Source: an uncultured cyanobacterium | GTDB lineage: Bacteria > Cyanobacteriota > Cyanobacteriia > Cyanobacteriales > CAWUOF01 | Assembly (NCBI GenBank): GCA_963744145.1 | Contig: CAVUSO010000001.1 | Coordinates: forward strand, 3,296,001-3,360,000 | Direction of reading: 5' to 3' | DNA length: 64,000 nt | In this document: positions 32,087 through 42,055 of the stretch, piece by piece | Layout: each line of letters starts with the position of its first letter | Numbering within the stretch: the stretch's first letter is position 1 | Notes under the pieces: generated by a model | Databases searched by the model: none | Seen by the model: only the letters and a program-made list of their open reading frames with translations | Told to the model about the DNA's origin: nothing | Made by a program: the position numbers and the translations under genes

Positions 32087-32324
32087 TCCATTCTTCCAAT
32101 TTCAATAGTTCAACTATTTGCTGTACGTAAACTCCCTTAACTTTCTGTCCACCTTTTTTGGGGATAGTAATCTTTCTTCCCTGGGAGTCTCGGAAACTGT
32201 GATGACTACCCTTAGACCTTTTTTCTTGAAATCCAAAAGCTAACAAAATATACACTACATCCTCAAAGCGCACTTCTGGTGGTTGATTGAGGAATTGCTC
32301 GACTAATTTTTTTAATTTGCCCAT
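32049..32324 (-). CDS. hicA: HicA toxin
   Basis: GFQEKRSKGSHHSF..ITIP. Confidence 0.9.
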   Translation of the reverse strand: MGKLKKLVEQFLNQPPEVRFEDVVYILLAFGFQEKRSKGSHHSFRDSQGRKITIPKKGGQKVKGVYVQQIVELLKLEEWNDENIESEESGT

Positions 32325-32985
32325 GAAAGCAAGGTAAAGCGATCGCAGTATTGATCATAATTGATAATTGACAATTAATACCAATTCACCATGAAGATAC
32401 ATTGATGTATATTGATCTGTGGGTGAGGGTGGGTTTTGATGATTAGTAGGTAAATGTCAAACATCTCGGTGAACCCGGGCGGGTTTTTCTAATTAATTGG
32501 TAAATTTCAAAAATCTGGGCGAACCCGCCCCTACTACAGAAATCCGCAAATTGAGGATAAAATTGGTAGATACTGTCTTGATTTGTCAATGGGTAGCGAT
32601 CGCCAAATTGCCTAATTAGGGTCAAAGAGTTTAGCAGATTTGAAAATCGCCAAAATATGGTTAGGGATTTTACCATTAAAGCACTAATCTCCTGGATTTT
32701 TACCTGACCCACGCAGCCATCATCTCTCACTCATTAATGGGAGTAATGAGTGGTGAAGCATCGTGACTGTGGGCAGAAAGGCGAGCATTTTTGGCACTGG
32801 AAACCCGACGGATTGACCCTAACTATAGAGCCACCGTTTGTTCACCCAGACTGGGAATAGAAGTCAACCAGTTCCGTAGTTGTTTAAGCGAGATCCTCTC
32901 GATGCACAGTCGTCAGTTTCGTCTGTTCATCTTGGTTGAGGGATGAACATGTTCTGGTGGCGAGATTTCGCCCGCCAGATCCCGT

Positions 32986-33972
32986 CTAGACGGGTAAAGG
33001 GGTAGCGCTCGCGTAATTGGGGTCAAAAGGTGTTTGGGATTTTAAAATCCCAAACGCCAAATGTAGGAGTTTTCGCATCAGGGCTCCAACCACCTGCATT
33101 TTTACCTTCCCACGCTCCAATAATCGCTCACTCATTGCCTTGAGTAATGGGTTATGACTCATCGCTACTACGGCGGGCATATACAGCGCTTTTCGCAGTC
33201 GAGTATTGCCTATACAAGACAAGCGAGTTTTACCATGAACTGAAGTTCCTGAACTCCGCTCGCAGGGATTTAACCCAACATAAGCAACTAATTGGCGGGC
33301 ATTTTTATAATCGGTAATCCGACCAATTTCAGCTAACAATACAGCCGCAGTTTGTTCGCCAATTCCCGGAATTGAAGTCAACAGCTCACGTTGTTTTTTC
33401 AAATGGGGATGTTGGTCAAAATGGTCGCGAATTAATTGTTTGATCTCGGCTTGTTGTTGGGCGAGATATTCTAGATGCTTTCTCGTTATCAGCGCGACAG
33501 ATTCGCTCTCGGTTTCGAGCCGATTCTGCTCCTGTTGCGCGATTTCGATGAAGGATTCTAGTCGTCTGAGTAGGGCTTGTAATTCCTTAACTTCCGGTGC
33601 TGTTGGTTTCCAAAATGACGGCTTCATCGCCACACAAAAACGCGCAATTAAGCCTGCATCTACCGCGTCGGTTTTCGTTCGCAGGAGTTCACTTTTGGCA
33701 AATCCTTTGATCCGCGCTGGATTAACGATACTTACCTGATAACCAGCTTGGTAGAGGAATTCAGCTAATGCTTCCCCATAAATACTGGTCGCTTCTAAGC
33801 AAGCATGAAGTTCTACCACACCTTGACATTTGAGCCATTGTGCTAAACTTTCAAACCCTTCTAGATCATTAGTAAACTTTTTTGGTTTTGGCTTTTTCCC
33901 ACAGTCCAGTTTCAATAAAACGACATGAAAGTCTTTTTTACTGATGTCTATTCCTAAGACTGTAGATGTCAT
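32986..33972 (-). CDS. IS110 DEDD recombinase/transposase, apparently intact
   Basis: GIDISK, LEATS, KTDAVDA, SIPGIG, RSSGTS. Confidence 0.95.
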   Translation of the reverse strand: MTSTVLGIDISKKDFHVVLLKLDCGKKPKPKKFTNDLEGFESLAQWLKCQGVVELHACLEATSIYGEALAEFLYQAGYQVSIVNPARIKGFAKSELLRTKTDAVDAGLIARFCVAMKPSFWKPTAPEVKELQALLRRLESFIEIAQQEQNRLETESESVALITRKHLEYLAQQQAEIKQLIRDHFDQHPHLKKQRELLTSIPGIGEQTAAVLLAEIGRITDYKNARQLVAYVGLNPCERSSGTSVHGKTRLSCIGNTRLRKALYMPAVVAMSHNPLLKAMSERLLERGKVKMQVVGALMRKLLHLAFGILKSQTPFDPNYASATPLPV

Positions 33973-34008
33973 AAGTTTCGACCGATGTCGAGTTGATGGG
34001 TGAGAACT

Positions 34009-34285
34009 TGACAGACATTAAACTAACCTTGTTAATACAGGCTATCTCGTGACCACGAGTGCCTTAGATACTGTCGAGTTTTCTGTGCGTCTGTCATCAG
34101 CGACTGGGAGCTTATCTACAAAACAGACTTATGAGGTCTGAGGGGCGGGCCAACTTCACCACTTGCTGATGTTCTTCAGCACACTTTCTCATCTCTACTG
34201 AGCTGAGGTCGAAAACTTTTCTAGTTTCTTTAGATTTCTCACTAATCCTTGATGTACCTGCATCTTGGTAGTCCAATTATCTGTA
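34009..34285 (-). ncRNA. IS110 bridge RNA with target- and donor-binding loops (5' end approximate)
   Basis: Guides CCCGCCCCT and GTAG match the target; GACAGTATCT and ACAAG match the circle junction; closing stems CATCAGC/GCTGATG and TGACAGAC/GTCTGTCA. Confidence 0.8.
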
Positions 34286-34452
34286 TCCTTTAAAGATACA
34301 AGGGGCAGGTTCACCAGTCAATTTTGCCACCAACAGATCACCATTATAAACCTGCCCTGACCTAACAGATCAACCTCAGATTAAGTGCAATTTCATAGTT
34401 AATTGGTATAACCCGAACTCGGATTAATTGTCTTCTTCCTCACAATCTGTTC

Positions 34453-35202
34453 CTAAACTTCTGGCTCAATTCCAGCAGCGCGAAGTTGGGCTGCTAATTT
34501 TTCAGTGCGAATCCGTTCCTGTTCAGCGCGAATCCGTTCCTGTTCAGTTCGTTGACGTTCTTGGGCCATTTGCTCGGTAGCCCACAACAATAAATTCCCC
34601 AACTCATCCCACCAGCGTAGCCAATAACCCTGACGGTTTTCTCGATTTCCCTCCCATACCCCTAAAAAAAGTTGCATTTCCGGTATCCAAAACCGTTTTT
34701 GTTCTGATGCTGTCTCTAATCGATACTGTTTTGCCTCACTAAAACGATATAGTTCTAATGTGCCTGTTCTTGGCTCAAAAATGCCATAATTGGGCACTTG
34801 CAAAATCTGTTCGTAGTAGAAGAATTTTCCTGGAGGGTAAGTTTCTTTGATCGAATACTCTCCTCCTCCTGTATCTGATAAAAACTCTAATACTAAAGCC
34901 GGAATTTCGCCTTGAAGTCGAGGGGTATAACTACGAACAACTTCTGAACGGTCTACAGCGATCGGATAAATGTACGCCCAATCAGGAGCTTTCACCACTG
35001 TCTTCCCATTAATAGTGGCACAAATACCATAGTTGGTGGGAGTAAGGGCATTTTCTGGTAGTTTACCAGCCAATAGTAAGCTTTCAGTTAATGCCGCAGC
35101 CAGTGCCGGTTGATTAATATTATCCACAGGATCATCAGGTAATACAAAATCATCGGGTAACTTTTCCCAGGTAACCGTGTAAGTGGGGGTGGTAGCTAAC
35201 AT
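34453..35202 (-). CDS. Uma2 (DUF820) endonuclease with C-terminal coiled-coil repeats
   Basis: WEKLPDDF, APDW, LEFLS, YYEQILQVPNY, WLRWWD, AEQER repeats. Confidence 0.9.
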   Translation of the reverse strand: MLATTPTYTVTWEKLPDDFVLPDDPVDNINQPALAAALTESLLLAGKLPENALTPTNYGICATINGKTVVKAPDWAYIYPIAVDRSEVVRSYTPRLQGEIPALVLEFLSDTGGGEYSIKETYPPGKFFYYEQILQVPNYGIFEPRTGTLELYRFSEAKQYRLETASEQKRFWIPEMQLFLGVWEGNRENRQGYWLRWWDELGNLLLWATEQMAQERQRTEQERIRAEQERIRTEKLAAQLRAAGIEPEV

Positions 35203-35285
35203 GATGTTTTGTGTAGAGATAGTAAATTAACGTTATTTATTTTATCATCATTCCAGGTAAGGTCGCATCGTTCGTAGTCAGGGCT

Positions 35286-35624
35286 TTAGCCCCATTGAAT
35301 TATTGTAAAGTTTAGGACATAGATAATTTGTGCTGATTCCAAAATGTTTTTACGTCTCAACCAGTTTTGACTTCGTTCGATCGCTGCTTTAACAATGAGG
35401 TCTACTTTTCGCTCAAAGATAGCTTGAAGTTCATCACGCATTTGTAGTGTTTCAGTTAAACCACGTTGGGCAGTTGGGGCAAAAGTTAGCAATACATCAA
35501 TATCGCTATCAGGATTAAAATCATCTCTGAGAATAGAGCCGAATAGCGCCAATTCGGTAATTTGCCATTTGTGACAGAATTCAGCAATTTTTTCCATTGG
35601 TAAAGCGATCGCAGTATTAATCAT
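35286..35624 (-). CDS. MNT nucleotidyltransferase antitoxin with no HEPN partner downstream
   Basis: ALFGSILRDDF.PDSDIDVL, RKVDL. Confidence 0.85.
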   Translation of the reverse strand: MINTAIALPMEKIAEFCHKWQITELALFGSILRDDFNPDSDIDVLLTFAPTAQRGLTETLQMRDELQAIFERKVDLIVKAAIERSQNWLRRKNILESAQIIYVLNFTIIQWG

Positions 35625-35658
35625 AATTGATCATTGACAATTGATATTGTCATTAATT

Positions 35659-36267
35659 TTATTCCCCATTTTCGGCAAAATTAACTTTTTTATACAGTTG
35701 GCTTAAAGAAACTTCTAGATTAATTGATGGGAGAATTAACACTTGATCTTTTAACTCATATTCGGTCAAAATCCATTGATTTTCAGAAGTTTTGACATAT
35801 TGCATTATATAATATTTAGTTTGGTCAATCAGAAGATATTCTTTAAATTCTGGAATTGAGCGATAATAGAGAAATTTATCACCTCGATCGTAATCTTTAG
35901 TAGATTTCGATAAAACTTCTGCAATAAACACAGGATTGGTAACTGTTGTGGTATTTGTCCCGTAATAAATCGGTTGATGTTGAATTACCATGACATCAGG
36001 ATAAGTAAATTCCCGATAGTGAGGTATCCACAATTTCACATCCCCAATATAAACTTCATAGTCTTGATCGTTTAATGCTATGTTTAAACAAGTTGCTAAA
36101 TTCAAAGCCAGTTTATTATGATTGGTAGTACCCCCAGTCATGGGGATAATTTCTCCATCGTGATACTCGTTTTTATGATCGGTTTTTTCTTCCAGTTCTA
36201 AATATTCTTCTGGGGTATAGTAAGCTTTCAGCGTTTTGATCTCAAAAGTAGTAGTTTGCAGTTTCAT
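35659..36267 (-). CDS. Uma2 (DUF820) endonuclease
   Basis: YTPEEYL, YPDV, EVLSKST..DRGDKF, EYLLIDQ. Confidence 0.92.
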   Translation of the reverse strand: MKLQTTTFEIKTLKAYYTPEEYLELEEKTDHKNEYHDGEIIPMTGGTTNHNKLALNLATCLNIALNDQDYEVYIGDVKLWIPHYREFTYPDVMVIQHQPIYYGTNTTTVTNPVFIAEVLSKSTKDYDRGDKFLYYRSIPEFKEYLLIDQTKYYIMQYVKTSENQWILTEYELKDQVLILPSINLEVSLSQLYKKVNFAENGE

Positions 36268-36308
36268 TAGTTTGGCAAAATTTATTGTATTCGATCGAAC
36301 AGTGCAGA

Positions 36309-36372
36309 GGACAGGTAAGATACCTGTCCCACCAAAAAAAATACTTTTGTGGGACAGACATCTTGCTTGTCC
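36309..36372. repeat. Paired REP palindromes GGACAGG(C/T)AAGAT(G/A)CCTGTCCCAC; second pair at 61914-61977
   Basis: Two inverted hairpin units per locus, the same family at both loci. Confidence 0.8.
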
Positions 36373-36400
36373 TAGTTATTTTATAGCAAAAACACCCAAA

Positions 36401-36982
36401 TTAAAATTCTTCCAACCGGGAAATTACTCTTTCAAGTTCTAGATTAAGGAAATCAGAACCGCGTTGTTGATAAACTTCCAGTAATTTATGATAAAACCAT
36501 AAAGTGTCTTCTTTTCCACCATTAAATTTCTGCCAAACTGCATCACCTTCTCGATCGCAATCCGCTAAGATGGAACGAGCATTATGTAGTTTATCTGCAA
36601 TGGATACTCGTAACACCGAGGGGGAAGCATGACGCATTTGTTCAATATATTGTAACTTGCGATCGCGCCAAGGTAATCTAGGTACAGTGAATGGTTCTGT
36701 ACAACCATCGACAATTTCCACAACTCGCTCACCAAATTGCTTCAGAATTGCTGCTCGTGTTTCTGCTCCTCCTTGATCTTCCACTGCATCATGTAAAAGA
36801 GCTGCGATCGCTTCATCTTCATCCCCATCATTTTCTAATACTAATGCGGTCACACTCAAGAGATGACTAATATAAGGAATATTGCCACTTTTTCTCACTT
36901 GTTTAGCGTGTAATTGTGCAGCATAGACTAAAGCTTGTTCAAAGCGAATGGAAAGTTTTGGATTTTCAGTAGTTTTAGCCAT
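36401..36982 (-). CDS. Stand-alone HD hydrolase (Mesh1/SpoT-like)
   Basis: H..QVRKSGNIPYISHL, ALLHDAVED, ADKLHNAR. Confidence 0.85.
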   Translation of the reverse strand: MAKTTENPKLSIRFEQALVYAAQLHAKQVRKSGNIPYISHLLSVTALVLENDGDEDEAIAALLHDAVEDQGGAETRAAILKQFGERVVEIVDGCTEPFTVPRLPWRDRKLQYIEQMRHASPSVLRVSIADKLHNARSILADCDREGDAVWQKFNGGKEDTLWFYHKLLEVYQQRGSDFLNLELERVISRLEEF

Positions 36983-37003
36983 AAGGTTTTTCTTGATTGT
37001 TTT

Positions 37004-38166
37004 TCAATTATGATAAAGATGGTAATTATCTTCAATTTCTTTAGCCATCAGCGATCGCAATTCCCAAGGTAAAAATACTTCTACCATAGCACCCCACGCT
37101 CTCAATGACAAATCTGTTCAGAGAAATCGGCAATTTTAACTTGATCCCAGGTTAGTTGTTCTAATTTCTGTATCCGGTCTAATCGATAATCATACCAGCC
37201 AATTTTACCTTTATTTACAGGATCTTGACCAAAGCTAAATAAATAAGGTGCGCGATGGGAATAATAGATGCAAACTGGATAAACAATATATTCTTCTCCT
37301 TCATCTTGATAGCTTTGATAATTTCTAGCACTGATATAGGTTATTTTTATTGGTGGCACTATTGATTGCTGCCAAACTTCCTTCAGTTGTTGTCTGATGG
37401 TGTTAATTTGCTCTGAAAAATTTGCAGGAACAATATACTCAATATCTAAAAAGAAGCGCTGTTTACCATTAATTTCACCTCCGAAATCATTAAAAAAATC
37501 AGCCAGGTCATTTTGAATAACATTACTGACTTTAATTTCCGATTGAGCAATAGGAGGATTGGGATAAATACCAAGATTAGGAAAATCTTCTACGCGACAA
37601 TAGAGAGTTTTACATCTTTTACTATTACAACTTGTTATTTTCTGAATTTTTAGCCATCCCATTTCCACCAATGCTCCAAAATCATATTGAATATTTTTAC
37701 TCGTGATCGCAAATAAACGACCACCTGGTAGGGGTGTTTGCTTGTTGGAATTTTCTCCATTTTTATTGATGATTCCCGATAACAGCAAGCTATCTAATTC
37801 AGATTGAGACATAGAATAAAGTTGTAAGAATGAATGTTGCCATGTTGTAGCTTCACAACCCATATTAGAATCGAATAACCAATCACTAATTGTTTTAGCG
37901 CAGGGACAATTAGGATCGTGATCAGTCGGAATCTTGTAATCTTTATGTTCATGATTGGTTAGATTAAAAAATAGTTTGTTCCACTCACTGTAAGTAAAAT
38001 TTCCACCCAGATCCAACCGCATGGGATCGGATTCATCCCCGTACAGCGATCGCAATAAGACCCATACCCGCACTGCTTTTGGTAAATTTTGTCTCAAAGA
38101 ACCTCTTGCTAGCACTTGTAACAGGTCCACACTGGGACACAAATCAAAGGTTTTACCAAACATCAT
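37004..38166 (-). pseudogene. TIGR03985-like CRISPR-associated WYL protein with internal deletion
   Basis: QNLPKAVRVWVLLRSLYG, VYPVCIYYSHRAPYL, WYDYRLDRI; the WCX-like tail LRAWGAMVEVFLPWELR follows out of frame. Confidence 0.75.
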
Positions 38167-38186
38167 GTTAATCTCTCTCAGTTCCT

Positions 38187-38211
38187 TTTCCAAATTAACA
38201 GGCTTTGGAAA
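38187..38211. promoter_or_regulatory. Perfect 8-bp inverted repeat TTTCCAAA-N9-TTTGGAAA in the divergent promoter
   Basis: Lies in the roughly 105-bp gap between the WYL and csx3 starts. Confidence 0.5.
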
Positions 38212-38272
38212 CCTCCATTTCCATAGGGATGAGAGAATAAACCTCATCACTTATGCACAGGACATCAGAGCT

Positions 38273-39608
38273 ATGAATACCGGAATAACCAAGACTAGCT
38301 ATCAAATTCGGTTAGAAGGGGATACCTTAAAAGTAGATTTTGCTAAAAATGCAAAGGGAGAACCAATTCCCGCTGATGGAGACCAAATTGTGCGGGATCT
38401 AGCAACGCAACTGCGGGACATGATTGCTGCTGAGGAAATTAAAGGTGGAAATTTACTGAAAATTAATGGCAGAATTTCGGTGCTAGGTGGTTATACCTTC
38501 GCTCATGAGTTGGCTCATTTGTATCGTGCGATCGCTGTTTCAGATACTCGTTTAGGTGCATACGTGGTTGTGATCAGGTACTGCTACCGAGTATCCTGTT
38601 GGTAGTCGGATTGACATGATTACCGACGAAGTTAAACAAGTTCCTTCTATTTCTAGGGATTTCCCCTCTTTTGTCATCTATTGGGAAGAGGATGTTCTAA
38701 TTGCCAAAATTAACAATGGGATTAAAGTTGATGGTGACCAAATCCTCCGAGATGCAGAAGCAGAATTAGATCAATTAATTAATTCAGGACAACTACCTGG
38801 GGGTAAAGGACTGCTAAAAATTAATGGCAGGTCAACAGTTCTGGCTAGTTTTGTGATCGCTAATAAAGTGGCGCATCTGTATAGCAGTGTAGCAGTTTTT
38901 GATCCTAAACAGGGAGATAAAGGATCAGATCGATATGTGGTAGTAATGAGTCATGGTAAAGACTATCAAGTTGGGGAAACTTTTGATATTAATTATGATC
39001 CACAACCTACAGTTAAAGTCGTCTTATGTGGACCACCGAATACCGGAAAAACTGTAATGAGAGACGGATTAAAGACAGCAATTTTAAATTTAGACAATGC
39101 TCCTGATGATTTTTATACTGTCTCTGGTTGTCCCGATGGTGATGGATCTTGGTACTCAGAAACAGTTGCTAATTATCCTAATTTAGCTCGAAAACTAAAA
39201 GATGAATATAAGGCAAAATTTACCCCCGAATTCGCTAAAGCAAAAACCCGAGAGCTTAAGGTAATTAAAAACTCTCTGTTACTGTTTGATGTGGGTGGTA
39301 AAATTCCCATCTATGAGGATAAAGACATTATGTCTCAAGCTACTCATGCAGTTATTTTAGCGAAAACTGAAGCTGATGTAGCTGCATGGAAAGAACTTTG
39401 TGAAAAAAATCTTGCTCAACCTGTACAAATCATTGCAATTATTTATAGTGATTTCAACGGTAAAAATGACGAAATTACCAGTGAATATCCTATGTTGACA
39501 GGTAAAGTTCATCATTTGGAACGGGGAGAAGATGTTTCTAATCGCCCAATAGTAAAAGCTTTGGCTAAACTTTTAGTCAATTTAACGCCTAAGCTTTTTG
39601 ATAGATAA
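38273..39608 (+). pseudogene. csx3: Csx3-Csx3-P-loop NTPase fusion (Crn3 ring-nuclease-like), +1 frameshift near 38578
   Basis: Two LLKINGR..AHLY..AV.D...YVVV repeats, then CGPPNTGKT and CPDGDG; removing one base gives STATEYPVGSRIDMITDE. Confidence 0.75.
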
Positions 39609-40126
39609 AACTCAAACTTTTGATTTCCGTTAAAAGTGGATAAGTTTTGCTGTGGCGATCGCGCGATCGCCATACCTTTATCCAACACCCAATACAATTC
39701 AGTTAACCGTAGGGGATGGGAGCATTTCGACTGATCAATACAGCAGATGACCCATTGAGCAAGTACAGTAAAATTATGGGACAACGTCAGTTTGACGGAC
39801 TAGACAAAGCTGAAAAAAAGGCTGAGACTAGATTTGAAGAATTTGGTCTCAGCCATGCTTCACATGATTATCACGCCGAACTATCACCCAAATATTTGGT
39901 GATCTGGACGATTTTTGTACATATTTTGAGCGCTATTGGCAAACACAGCCCGAACTGACCGCTTTTTCCGGCGAGCGGCCCAGCAGTTCTCGGATGCGTT
40001 TAAGTAGAGGCGCAAGAGCTATACGGTTAACTGAACTGTACTGAATTATAACTTTTCAATCCCTAGATTAGAACAGAGCAAAAATTTATGTTGGAAATCC
40101 TAAGACCCACGAAAATACCCAAAAAT

Positions 40127-40396
40127 TCAAATTGCTTGAATCCATTCCTTAATTTCGTATTCAGTCCAAATCCCATTTTGCCAATAAGGATCGTTTTCAA
40201 TGAGCTGACGAACAATAGTTTCGTTTTCTGCTTCGTAGATCCCAAATACTTTAGTTACGTCTTTAGTTGGACCGATGGTAATTAAAACCCCATCTTCTTT
40301 TTGTTTCGTCAGTCTATCCAGATGTGCTTGTCGGTAGGGTGTACGTTTTTCTAAAACATCATCGCAGTAGGTTCCCCAAAGGACGTATTTTGGCAT
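40127..40396 (-). CDS. YciI family protein
   Basis: R.PYRQAHL, IGPT, ENDPYW. Confidence 0.85.
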   Translation of the reverse strand: MPKYVLWGTYCDDVLEKRTPYRQAHLDRLTKQKEDGVLITIGPTKDVTKVFGIYEAENETIVRQLIENDPYWQNGIWTEYEIKEWIQAI

Positions 40397-40560
40397 ATTG
40401 TTATGACTTTAGTAAATTTTCTGATCTAGTAGCAATATATCGGATTTCTCGTAAATTTGTGATGAGAACCACTAATTGATTATATATTATTTATTTATAC
40501 TTCGTGAAAAATCAACAATCAATGTAGGGGTCAACAGATATTGACCCCCTAATTAGCAAT

Positions 40561-41634
40561 CTAGCGTACAGTTCCTCTGAGTGCTTCAGCATCAATCCCT
40601 TTAGTTAGATAAATCCGCGCTAAATGACCGACAATTGATAGCTGGAGTGGTAATTTCCGCAATGCTTTTACCCATTTAGGTTGATCAGTCTGATCAATCT
40701 GAGACATAGCCAAATTCAGATCGGAGCACTGATGCAAGCGATCGTAAAATTCGGGATGTTCCGTATCAAGAACTGAAGGAAAAGCACGAGCTGCGGTTTC
40801 ATTAGTTTTGCGAATTACTTCTCGATCGAATTCACTTGCATCGATACCTAGTACATCATAAAAACCAGTACGTTCGTGAACAGTGAGGGTATGGGTAGCA
40901 AAAACAGTCAGTAAGAAAAAGCGACTCCATAAACTAGATTGCCAAGTTTTCCATAACTTGGGCTGCGATCGCAATAGGGCTTTAAAAATATCCCCGTGAC
41001 GATTTTCATCCTGACACCAGCTTTCAAAGTAGCGGAACAAAGGATAAAACTGATTTTCCGGATGTTCTTTTAAATGGTTATATATGATAATATAACGCCA
41101 ATAGCCAATTTTTTCTGATAGATAGACTGTATAAATTACCCATTCGATCGGGAAGAAGGTATAAACCCGATTCTGGGTCAGTTGACCTAAATCTAAGGTA
41201 CAACCAAAATCTGCCATCGCTTTATTCAAAAATCCGGCATGACGAGCTTCATCTCTTGCCATTAAACTAAACATTTCCGAGAGGAGGGGACTACGGTCTT
41301 TGAGTTTGCGGGATAGTTCCTTAAATAGCAAAAAGCCAGAAAATTCCGAAACACAAGACCTTTCTAAATAATCGATAAATGCTTGTCGCGCTTTACCAGT
41401 GACATTGTCCCAGGATTGATTAAACGCTTCATCCCGGACAAAATGGTGACGGTTATAGTCGGCCCGCATTTCTGCTAACATTGCTTCTAATTCTTCTTCC
41501 TGTGCCGATAAGTCCATCTTTGCTGCTGTTTCAAAGTCGGTTGTGTAAAATCGGGGCGTCAGGATATTTTCTTTAATTCCCTTGATTTTGGTCGCAGATC
41601 CATTTAGAGATGGCCGTGGAAGTGAAGTAACCAT
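40561..41634 (-). CDS. acsF: Mg-protoporphyrin IX monomethyl ester oxidative cyclase (low-O2 paralog)
   Basis: LTPRFYTTDF, EFSGFLL, DEARHAG, DENRHGD. Confidence 0.95.
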   Translation of the reverse strand: MVTSLPRPSLNGSATKIKGIKENILTPRFYTTDFETAAKMDLSAQEEELEAMLAEMRADYNRHHFVRDEAFNQSWDNVTGKARQAFIDYLERSCVSEFSGFLLFKELSRKLKDRSPLLSEMFSLMARDEARHAGFLNKAMADFGCTLDLGQLTQNRVYTFFPIEWVIYTVYLSEKIGYWRYIIIYNHLKEHPENQFYPLFRYFESWCQDENRHGDIFKALLRSQPKLWKTWQSSLWSRFFLLTVFATHTLTVHERTGFYDVLGIDASEFDREVIRKTNETAARAFPSVLDTEHPEFYDRLHQCSDLNLAMSQIDQTDQPKWVKALRKLPLQLSIVGHLARIYLTKGIDAEALRGTVR

Positions 41635-42055
41635 AGTGTTTAGGTCGTCAACTATAACTCAATGGCTTTTAAGTTATAGTATTTTTTGCTGGTTGAAAAG
41701 ATTGATTGCCAAAAAGGTAATAAAGATTTACCTAATCTGACTTTTATTAATTTATGTAAACTTATTTTTTTCCATCCGCTTGAACCAATTGCTGCTAGTA
41801 TCCTTGATTTAATGTAGATTTATAGTTATGCTTTAGCTGAATTACGGGTTCATCTGGGATAAAAAAAACTTGTAAGTTGTTTATTAAATTTTGTAATCAA
41901 TTAATCTTTTAGTGCTGCATCGCTATAGAGTGATGCAAGATTAAAAAAATTGCTCAAGCAGCGATGGGCTGAAGATCAGCAAGTATCCTGTCCATCACCC
42001 AGGCTGAGTAATTCTTACTAACAGTTAGACCCAAATATTTGATGAGGTATTCTGT

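Larger units (their letters stand above)
32568..34302 (-). mobile_element. Complete IS110-family element inserted at a CT core within a GTAG-type REP
   Basis: AG (CT on minus) at both junctions; excision restores GGTAGGGGCAGGTT...AACCTGCCC; TTGACA near the right end and TATCTT near the left end. Confidence 0.85.

Noticed and set aside
32443..32730. 95-aa ORF downstream of the IS110 transposase
   Set aside because: It crosses the IS end and a REP cluster, so it is likely spurious.
38021..38272. N-terminal extensions of the csx3 and WYL ORFs
   Set aside because: They overlap each other head-to-head; homology starts at ATG 38273 and ATG 38166/38163.
39650..40020. Possible cas gene fragment after csx3
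   Set aside because: Broken frames with no recognisable RAMP or Cas motif; cannot be assigned without a search.
36300..40100. CRISPR array near csx3/WYL
   Set aside because: No run of equal-length direct repeats with unique spacers was seen; the repeats here are REP hairpins.
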